From positions 1,045,304 through 1,077,303 of the forward strand of contig NZ_PGFF01000001.1 of the NCBI RefSeq assembly GCF_002797715.1: DNA of 32,000 bases. The letters run 5' to 3'. A model generated the notes under the pieces. It did not search any database, was not told where the DNA came from, and saw only the letters and a program-made list of their open reading frames with translations. Every line of letters starts with the position of its first letter. Position 1 is the stretch's first letter. This document shows positions 25,387-32,000 of the stretch, in pieces. The position numbers were made by a program, and so were the translations under genes. Source of the stretch: Diaminobutyricimonas aerilata (GTDB taxonomy: Bacteria > Actinomycetota > Actinomycetes > Actinomycetales > Microbacteriaceae).

Positions 25387-26586
25387 TCACGAATCCGCGG
25401 GAATCGCCCGCCGCAGCGCCTGCGCGAGGTCGCCGCGATCGGCGACCGCGATCGACTCGAGTCCCTGCCACTCGCGGGTGCGATCGAGCAGCGGCACAAG
25501 GCGCTCGACGACCTCATCGCCGACGCCCGGCTCCCGCCACGCGGACTGGACGCGCAGCACCTTGGCCTGCCGGTCGCTCTTGAGGTCGACCCGGCCCACG
25601 AGTCGGTCGCCCTGCAGGACCGGGAGCGTGTAGTAGCCGTACACGCGCTGCGGCGCGGGGGTGTAGATCTCGATGCGGTAATGGAAACCGAAGAGCCGCA
25701 GGGCCCGGTCCCGCTCCCACACGATCGGGTCGAACGGCGACAGCAACGCGTCGGCGTCGAGGCGGCGGGGGATGCGGGCGTCGCGGTGCAGGTAGGCGGG
25801 CGCCGTCCAGCCCTCGACCGCGACGGGGAGCACCTCGCCGGACTCGACGAGGTCGACGAGCACGGCCTTCGTGGGAGCGGTGAGCAGCCGGAAGTAGTCG
25901 GCGATATCGCCGAGCGTGCCGATGCCGAGGGCACGCACGGCGTCGGAGACGAGACGGCGGTGCGCGTCGTCCTTGGACACCCGCCGCTCCACCACGTCGG
26001 CCGGCAGCACCTGTTCCGCGAGTCCGTACACCCGCTCGAAATTGCGGCGGCCGGCGGAGACCACGTCGCCCCACCGGAAGAGGTACTCGAGCCCGCGCTT
26101 CGCGTCGCTCCAATCCCACCAGGTGCCGCGTTTGCGTTCGACGTCCTTCTCGATCGCTCCTGCGGTCTGCGGTCCCTTGGCCGCGAGCTCGGCACGCAGC
26201 CAGTCGAGCGTCTCGCGGTTCGCGTGCGCCCAGTCGGCCGGATCGCTCGACCAGCGCTCGCGGGAGTCCTCCATCCGCCAGCGCCACAGCGGCCAGTCCT
26301 CCACCGGGATGATCGACGCGACGTGCGCCCACGTCTCGGTGTACCGGGCGCGCCGGGCGAAGGTGAGCCGATCGAGGAGCGTCTTGTCGTATTCGCCGAG
26401 GCGGGCGAACACGGGCAGGTAGTGGCTGCGCTCGAAGACGTTGACCGAGTCGATCTGCAGCAGCCTCAACCGTTGCATCAGCAGGTTGAGTTGGCGCGTG
26501 CCGACGGCGGGCGGATGCGGCACGCCGAAGCCCTGCGCCGCGAGGGCGATGCGGCGGGCTTGCGCCAGAGACAGTTTCTCGACCAT
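25387..26586 (-). CDS. winged-helix DNA-binding protein, YcaQ/AlkZ-type crosslink-repair DNA glycosylase family (DUF1006)
   Basis: 399 aa from the ATG at 26586. Family-typical N-terminus (LSLAQARRIALAAQGF...LQIDSVNVFERSHYLPVFARLG) and C-terminus (YYTLPVL.GDRLVGRVDLK.DR). Confidence 0.8.
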   Translation of the reverse strand: MVEKLSLAQARRIALAAQGFGVPHPPAVGTRQLNLLMQRLRLLQIDSVNVFERSHYLPVFARLGEYDKTLLDRLTFARRARYTETWAHVASIIPVEDWPLWRWRMEDSRERWSSDPADWAHANRETLDWLRAELAAKGPQTAGAIEKDVERKRGTWWDWSDAKRGLEYLFRWGDVVSAGRRNFERVYGLAEQVLPADVVERRVSKDDAHRRLVSDAVRALGIGTLGDIADYFRLLTAPTKAVLVDLVESGEVLPVAVEGWTAPAYLHRDARIPRRLDADALLSPFDPIVWERDRALRLFGFHYRIEIYTPAPQRVYGYYTLPVLQGDRLVGRVDLKSDRQAKVLRVQSAWREPGVGDEVVERLVPLLDRTREWQGLESIAVADRGDLAQALRRAIPADS

Positions 26587-26748
26587 CGCCACCGACCCTA
26601 GCGGCGGCTCACGACATCCCGCGGTCGTCCGTCGTTCACCGTGCGGACGCCGACCGTCCAACGGCTCTCCCTAGCGTGCGAGCGGGTCGCGCGGTACCCC
26701 TACGTCCGGATCACAGCACGGACGGCCGCGCCCCATGACGGAGGACCA

Positions 26749-27876
26749 GTGAACACTCGACGCGTCGGAATCGGCGTCGCGGCCGCTCTCGCGACCGCTC
26801 TCACCCTCAGCTCGTGCGCCGCTCAGGCGGAGGCCACCGACGACTCGGTGGACTACTCGACCGTGACGAGCCTCGACGAGGTCGGCGGGCTCGAGGCGCT
26901 CGAGGAGGCCGCCAAGGCCGAGGGTGCCCTGAACGTGATCGCGCTGCCGCGCGACTGGGCGAACTACGGCGAGATCCTCGACCTCTTCATGGAGAAGTAC
27001 CCCGAGATCACTGTCACCGAGGCGAGCCCGGACGCGTCGAGCGCCGAGGAGATCCAGGCCGCCGAGAACCTCGCCGGTCAAGACACCGCCCCCGACGTGT
27101 TCGACCTCGGCCTCGCGGTCGCGCTCGAGAACACCGACGCCTTCGCGCCGTACCAGGTCGAGACGTGGGACGAGATCCCCTCGGAGCTCAAGGAGGAGAC
27201 CGGCCTCTACGTCGGCGACTACGGCGGATACATGTCGGTCGGTTACGACCCCGACGCCGTGCCGGCGCCCGAATCGCTCGAAGACCTGCTCGGGGCGGAC
27301 TACAAGGGCAAGGTCGCGATCAACGGCGACCCGACGCAGGCCGGCGCGGCGTTCGCGGCCGTGGGACTCGCGGCGGTGCAGAACGGCGGCTCGGTCGACG
27401 ACTTCCAGCCCGGCATCGACTTCTTCTCCGAGCTCAACGCCGCGGGCAACTTCGTGAAGGTCGACCCGACGCCCGCGACGATCGCCTCCGGCGAGACCCC
27501 CGTCGTGTTCGACTGGGACTACCTCAACGTCGGCTACGGCACGCAGCTCGAGGGTCAGCGCAACTGGGAGGTCGTGATCTTCGACGGCACCGGCTACGCG
27601 GGCTACTACAACCAGGCGATCAACAAGGACGCGCCGCATCCGGCCGCCGCCCGCCTCTGGCAGGAGTTCCTCTACAGCGACGAGGTGCAGAACCTGTGGC
27701 TGAAGGGCGGTGCCCGTCCGGTGCGCGCCGACGCGATGGCGGAGGCCGGCACGATCGACGAGAAGCTCTTCGACGCGCTGCCGGAGAGCCCGGAGGAGAC
27801 CGTCGTGCCGACCGCCGAGCAGAGCGACGCCGCGGGCGTGCTCCTCGGCGAGAAGTGGGCCTCGGCTGTCCAGTAG
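26749..27876 (+). CDS. ABC transporter substrate-binding lipoprotein (family-1 solute-binding, polyamine/iron(III)-like)
   Basis: The GTG at 26749 follows a GGAGGA RBS. It has a signal peptide with the lipobox LTLSSC and an SBP-like body. It is the first gene of an SBP-permease-permease-ATPase operon. Confidence 0.8.
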   Translation: MNTRRVGIGVAAALATALTLSSCAAQAEATDDSVDYSTVTSLDEVGGLEALEEAAKAEGALNVIALPRDWANYGEILDLFMEKYPEITVTEASPDASSAEEIQAAENLAGQDTAPDVFDLGLAVALENTDAFAPYQVETWDEIPSELKEETGLYVGDYGGYMSVGYDPDAVPAPESLEDLLGADYKGKVAINGDPTQAGAAFAAVGLAAVQNGGSVDDFQPGIDFFSELNAAGNFVKVDPTPATIASGETPVVFDWDYLNVGYGTQLEGQRNWEVVIFDGTGYAGYYNQAINKDAPHPAAARLWQEFLYSDEVQNLWLKGGARPVRADAMAEAGTIDEKLFDALPESPEETVVPTAEQSDAAGVLLGEKWASAVQ

Positions 27877-27904
27877 GTCACGCGGAACGGCAGCGGCCCT
27901 CGGG

Positions 27905-28726
27905 CTGCTGCCGTTCACGCTCTACGTGCTGCTGTTCCTCATCGTGCCGACTCTGCTCGCGGTCGGCACCGGCTTCGTCGACGGCGAGGGACGGCTGACG
28001 CTCGAGAACCTCGCCGGGCTCGGCGAGTCGCCGGTGCTCAGTGCCTTCGCCAACTCGGTGTGGGTCTCGGCGGTCACCGCCGTCATCGGGGCCGTCGTCG
28101 GCGCACTCGTCTGCTACGCCCTCCTCGGCGCGCGGCCGGGCGGCGCGCTGCGCTCGGTCGTGGATGCGGCGAGCGGCGTGCTCGCCCAGTTCGGCGGCGT
28201 CATGCTCGCGTTCGCGTTCATCGCCACCGTGGGCATCCAGGGACTCATCACCGTGCTGCTGCGTGATGCGACCGGAGTCGACATCTTCGCGGACGGCGTG
28301 TGGATCTACGAGGTGCCGGGACTGCTGCTGCCGTACGTCTACTTTCAGGTGCCGCTCATGGTCATCACGTTCCTGCCCGCCTTCGAGGCGCTCAAGCCGC
28401 AGTGGGCCGAGGCGAACGCCACGCTCGGCGGCACCCGCCGCGACTACTGGCTGCGCATCGGCATCCCCGTGCTGCTGCCGTCGTTCGCCGGGTCGCTGCT
28501 GCTGCTCTTCGCGAACGCCTTCTCGTCGTATGCGACCGCGGCCGCGCTCATCAGCCAGGGCTCGCAGATCGTGCCGCTGCAGATCCGTGCCGCGCTCACG
28601 AGCGAGACGGTGCTCGGTCGTGAGAACCTCGCCGGTGCCCTCGCCCTCGGGATGGTCGTCGTGATGGCGGTCGCGATGACGGCGTACGCGCTGCTGCAGC
28701 GCCGAGCGGGACGCTGGCTTCGATGA
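27905..28726 (+). CDS. ABC transporter permease (start codon uncertain)
   Basis: Six-TM permease with an EAA-like loop (AEANATLGGTRRDYWLRIGIP). There is no ATG, GTG or TTG in frame between 27713 and 27925. The coordinate given uses the CTG at 27905. Other options are the GTG at 27926 (which truncates TM1) and the GTG at 27710 (167-nt overlap with the SBP gene). Confidence 0.7.
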   Translation: MLPFTLYVLLFLIVPTLLAVGTGFVDGEGRLTLENLAGLGESPVLSAFANSVWVSAVTAVIGAVVGALVCYALLGARPGGALRSVVDAASGVLAQFGGVMLAFAFIATVGIQGLITVLLRDATGVDIFADGVWIYEVPGLLLPYVYFQVPLMVITFLPAFEALKPQWAEANATLGGTRRDYWLRIGIPVLLPSFAGSLLLLFANAFSSYATAAALISQGSQIVPLQIRAALTSETVLGRENLAGALALGMVVVMAVAMTAYALLQRRAGRWLR

Positions 28727-29541
28727 CACCGTCGCCCAGCTCCCGAGCTTCGATGACGACCCCGTCGCGCACCACCCGCATCGTCATCCTCGCGGTCGTC
28801 GGGCTCCTGTTCGCCGTGCCCATCGCCGCGATGGTCGAGTTCACGCTGCGCGGCGGCCTCGAAGGCGGCTACGTGCTCGACCGGTGGATCGCCGTGTTCT
28901 CCGGAGAGCTCGACGGCCGGTACCGGCAGCTGTTCATCGGCATCGGCAACTCGCTCACCCTCGCCCTCGTGACCGTCGTGCTCGTGTTCGTGCTGCTCGT
29001 ACCCACGATGGTGCTCGTGCAGCTGCGGTTCCCGCGGTTGCGTCGCCTGCTCGAGTTCGTCTGCCTGCTGCCCATCACCATCCCGGCGATCGTGCTCGTC
29101 GTGGGACTCGCGCCCGTGTACTCGGTGATCGCCCGCGCTCTCGGCAGCGGCGCCTGGACGCTCGCCTTCGCCTACGGCGTGCTCGTGCTGCCGTTCGCGT
29201 ACCGGGCGGTGCAGGCGAACCTCGACGCGGTCGACGTCGTCACGCTCAGCGAAGCGGCGCGATCGCTCGGCGCGAGCTGGGGCACCGTGCTCGTCAGCGT
29301 CGTGCTGCCCAACCTGCGCCGGGGCCTGCTCGCCGCGGCGTTCATCTCGATCGCGGTGGTGCTCGGCGAGTTCACCGTCGCATCGCTGCTCAACCGCAGC
29401 AACCTGCAGACGGCGCTCGTGGTGGTCGCGAAGAGCGACCCGTTCACCGCCGTCGTCTTCGCCCTACTCGCCCTGCTGCTCGCGTTCGCGTTGCTGCTCG
29501 TCATCGGACGCATCGCGCGTCCCGCCCGGAGGTCCGCATGA
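28723..29541 (+). CDS. ABC transporter permease
   Basis: Polytopic membrane protein with an EAA-like loop (SEAARSLGASWGTVLVSVVLP). The ATG overlaps the upstream stop (ATGA). Confidence 0.85.
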   Translation: MTPSPSSRASMTTPSRTTRIVILAVVGLLFAVPIAAMVEFTLRGGLEGGYVLDRWIAVFSGELDGRYRQLFIGIGNSLTLALVTVVLVFVLLVPTMVLVQLRFPRLRRLLEFVCLLPITIPAIVLVVGLAPVYSVIARALGSGAWTLAFAYGVLVLPFAYRAVQANLDAVDVVTLSEAARSLGASWGTVLVSVVLPNLRRGLLAAAFISIAVVLGEFTVASLLNRSNLQTALVVVAKSDPFTAVVFALLALLLAFALLLVIGRIARPARRSA

Positions 29542-30578
29542 TCGCCACCGCATCGGCCGAGGTGCACCTCGCCGGCGTCGTCAAGCAGTACGGCGCCCAC
29601 CGCGCCCTCGACGGGATCGACCTGCGCGTCGGCGCGGGGGAGATGATCGCCCTGCTCGGACCGTCCGGGTGCGGCAAGACCACCGCGCTGCGCAGCATCG
29701 CCGGGCTCGAGAGCATCGACTCCGGGGTCATCCGGATCGGCGACGACGACGTCTCCCGCGTGCCCACCAACAAGCGCGACCTCGGCATGGTCTTCCAGTC
29801 GTACTCGCTCTTCCCGCACCTCACGTCGCAGCAGAACGTCGAATTCGGGCTCCGGATGCGCGGGGTCGGCACCGCGGAGCGCCGGAAGCGGGCGGGAGAG
29901 GCGCTCGAACTCGTCGGGCTCGGTCACCTCGGCGCCCGCTACGCACACGAACTCTCCGGCGGTCAGCAGCAGCGCGTCGCTCTCGCCCGCGCCCTCGTGA
30001 CCCGCCCGCGCGTACTGCTGCTCGACGAGCCGCTGAGCGCCCTCGACGCGAAGGTGCGCGTTCAGTTGAGGGAGCAGATCCGCGCCATCCAGACCGAGCT
30101 CGGCATCACCGCGCTGTTCGTCACCCACGATCAGGAGGAGGCGCTCGCCGTCGCCGACCGGGTCGCGGTGATGCGGGCCGGGCGCATCGAGCAGATCGGC
30201 AGCCCGGAGGAGTTGTACGGATCTCCGGCGACCCCGTTCGTCGCGGACTTCGTGGGGGTGAGCAGCCAGGTCCCCGGGCGGCTGACCGGCGGCACGGTCG
30301 AGGTGCACGGGGTCACGCTGCCCGTGCTCGGCGATGCGCCGCGCGACGGAGCGGTGCTCGCCTACATCCGGCCCGAAGACGTCGCGTTCGCCGAATCGGG
30401 CATCCCCGCGGTCGTCGTGTCGACGAGCTTCCTCGGTGCCGCGCGTCGCACGCTCGTGCGTCTGCCGGACGAGTCGGTGCTCGCCGTGCAGCACGCGGCT
30501 GGGACGCGAACGGTGCCGGGGGAGCGCCTTCATGTCGCGCTGAACGGACGCCCGGTGAGCGTTCGATCGGCGGAATGA
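29538..30578 (+). CDS. ABC transporter ATP-binding protein (PotA/FbpC-like with C-terminal TOBE-type domain)
   Basis: Walker A GPSGCGKTT, signature LSGGQQQRVALARAL, Walker B LLLDEPLSALD and H-loop VTHDQ. The ATG overlaps the upstream stop. Confidence 0.9.
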   Translation: MIATASAEVHLAGVVKQYGAHRALDGIDLRVGAGEMIALLGPSGCGKTTALRSIAGLESIDSGVIRIGDDDVSRVPTNKRDLGMVFQSYSLFPHLTSQQNVEFGLRMRGVGTAERRKRAGEALELVGLGHLGARYAHELSGGQQQRVALARALVTRPRVLLLDEPLSALDAKVRVQLREQIRAIQTELGITALFVTHDQEEALAVADRVAVMRAGRIEQIGSPEELYGSPATPFVADFVGVSSQVPGRLTGGTVEVHGVTLPVLGDAPRDGAVLAYIRPEDVAFAESGIPAVVVSTSFLGAARRTLVRLPDESVLAVQHAAGTRTVPGERLHVALNGRPVSVRSAE

Positions 30579-30597
30579 CCGCGCCTAGACTGGCGCA

Positions 30598-31794
30598 ATG
30601 ATCTTCGGGCGACGCGGGCAGCGGGCTTCGGCCCGGCTCGAACGCGGTCGGGCGGTCGGCGGAACCGGTCCCGGACCGGTCGACGGGGCGCTCAACGGCA
30701 CGGTGCCGCCCGCCATGGTGATCGCCGGCGCGTGGGCGTGGCGGCTCCTCGCCGTCGCCGCCGTGATCGGCGTGCTCGTCTGGCTCGTCATCCAGTTGCG
30801 CGATCTCGTCGTGCCGGTGCTCGTGGCCGTGCTGCTCGCCGCGCTCCTCGTCCCGTTCTCGAACTTCCTGCAGCGGCACCGCTGGCCGAAGTGGCTCGCC
30901 GTCGCCGTGTCGGAGATCGGGATCATCGCCGTCATCACCGGCCTCATCTGGCTCGTCGTCACGCAGGTGCGGGCCGGGTTCCCCGACCTGCAGCGCCGCA
31001 CGATGCAGCAATTCGAGGTGTTCCGGGAGTGGCTGCGCGACTCGCCGCTCGATCTCACCGACGCCGACCTGAACCGCTACATCGACCAGGGCTTCGCGGC
31101 GCTGCAGACCAACGCGAGCACGATCGCGACCGGCGCGCTCTCGGTCGGGTCCACCGCCGGGCACTTCATCACCGGCATGCTGCTCGTGCTCTTCGCCACC
31201 CTGTTCATCCTCATCGACGGTCGGGGCATCTGGAACTGGATCGTGCGGCTGTTCCCGCGCCGCGCCCGCGTCGCGGTGAACGGATCCGGTGAGGCCGGCT
31301 GGCACACCCTCAGCACGTTCGTGCGCGTGCAGATCTTCGTCGCCTTCGTGGACGCGGTCGGCATCGGCCTCGGCGCGTGGATCCTCGGCCTCTTCTTCGG
31401 CGGATTCCCGCTCGTCATCCCCATCTCGGTCGCGGTCTTCCTCGGGTCGTTCGTGCCCGTCGTCGGGGCCGTCATCACGGGGGCGTTCGCCGTCGTCGTC
31501 GCTCTCGTCTTCCTCGGTCCCGTGCCGGCGCTCATCATGCTCGGCATCGTGCTGCTCGTGCAGCAGATCGAGGGGCACATCCTGCAGCCGCTCATCATGG
31601 GCGCCGCCGTGCGCGTGCATCCCCTCGCCGTGGTGCTCGCGGTCGCCGCCGGCGGATTCCTCGCGGGCATCCCGGGAACGCTCTTCGCGGTGCCGATCGT
31701 CGCCGTGCTCAACGTGATGGTGAAGTACATCGCGTCGGGTGCCTGGCGCGTCACCGCCCACCCCGACGAGCAGGATGTGGCAACGCGTGTCTGA
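30598..31794 (+). CDS. AI-2E family transporter (PerM/UPF0118)
   Basis: 398-aa polytopic membrane protein with the family-typical C-terminal region (QQIEGHILQPLIMG...HPLAVVLAV..GG.L.GI.G.LFAVP). Confidence 0.8.
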   Translation: MIFGRRGQRASARLERGRAVGGTGPGPVDGALNGTVPPAMVIAGAWAWRLLAVAAVIGVLVWLVIQLRDLVVPVLVAVLLAALLVPFSNFLQRHRWPKWLAVAVSEIGIIAVITGLIWLVVTQVRAGFPDLQRRTMQQFEVFREWLRDSPLDLTDADLNRYIDQGFAALQTNASTIATGALSVGSTAGHFITGMLLVLFATLFILIDGRGIWNWIVRLFPRRARVAVNGSGEAGWHTLSTFVRVQIFVAFVDAVGIGLGAWILGLFFGGFPLVIPISVAVFLGSFVPVVGAVITGAFAVVVALVFLGPVPALIMLGIVLLVQQIEGHILQPLIMGAAVRVHPLAVVLAVAAGGFLAGIPGTLFAVPIVAVLNVMVKYIASGAWRVTAHPDEQDVATRV

Positions 31795-32000
31795 ACAAGT
31801 GCTGGCCGGGCCCTCCCTGGCCGAGATCGAGGCCGCCCGCGAGGCGGTCGCCCAGGTGGCGAAGGTGACGCCGCTCGAGAGCGCGACGTTCCTCGGCGAG
31901 ATCGTCGGCTCCGCCGTGTACCTCAAGTGCGAGAACCTGCAGCGCACCGGCTCGTACAAGATCCGCGGCGCGTACAACCGGCTCTCCCGGTTGACGGATG
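31787..32000 (+). CDS. ilvA: threonine ammonia-lyase (threonine dehydratase), N-terminal fragment running off the window
   Basis: The frame from the GTG at 31787 reads ...AREAVAQVAKVTPLESATFLGEIVGSAVYLKCENLQRTGSYKIRGAYN. This contains the PLP-lysine motif (S[FY]KIRGA) of threonine dehydratases. It is not in the ORF track because there is no stop codon within the window. Confidence 0.8.
   Translation, partial: MSEQVLAGPSLAEIEAAREAVAQVAKVTPLESATFLGEIVGSAVYLKCENLQRTGSYKIRGAYNRLSRLTD

Overview
This is a high-GC (roughly 70% by eye) actinobacterial chromosome segment. The conserved block mazG, hisS-like, eno, ftsB, DUF501 and the look of the proteins suggest Micrococcales/Microbacteriaceae, but that is inference only. 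I call about 36 CDSs, one tRNA, two clear hairpin terminators and several conserved non-coding motifs.

Layout:
- 1-2.4 kb: membrane proteins and a MerR regulator.
- 2.4-9.7 kb: core housekeeping genes (mazG, HisRS, enolase, FtsB, DUF501, a mycosin-like S8 protease, NDH-2).
- 9.7-10.0 kb: a repeat-rich spacer and an odd tRNA.
- 10.0-19.9 kb: an accessory-looking block. It holds an SDR with a divergent MmyB-like regulator, a complete glycopeptide-resistance cluster (vanY | vanR-vanS | vanX-vanA-vanH), a small NTF2-like ORF and a 682-aa Ig-repeat/polytopic membrane protein.
- 19.9-32 kb: a PLP enzyme coupled to an FAD aldonolactone oxidase, LemA and HtpX, a duplicated-domain lipoprotein, a YcaQ-type glycosylase, a four-gene ABC importer, an AI-2E transporter and the start of ilvA.

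Most notable observations:
1. The van cluster carries a duplicated regulatory module of about 70 nt, placed at an identical distance from the vanY and vanH start codons. This is a putative VanR box.
2. The 74-nt tRNA has a tRNA-Leu-type D-arm and a UAA anticodon but lacks the long class-II variable arm.
3. A tandem array with 31-nt periodicity and a nested hairpin lies just upstream of that tRNA.
4. An ABC permease gene has no canonical start codon.

I saw no CRISPR array, integrase, transposase or recognisable defence system. The many long Arg/Ala/Pro-rich ORFs antisense to real genes are high-GC shadow frames. I did not find a clearly new multi-gene system. The candidates worth following are regulatory or RNA-level oddities and a few uncharacterised genes next to the van cluster.
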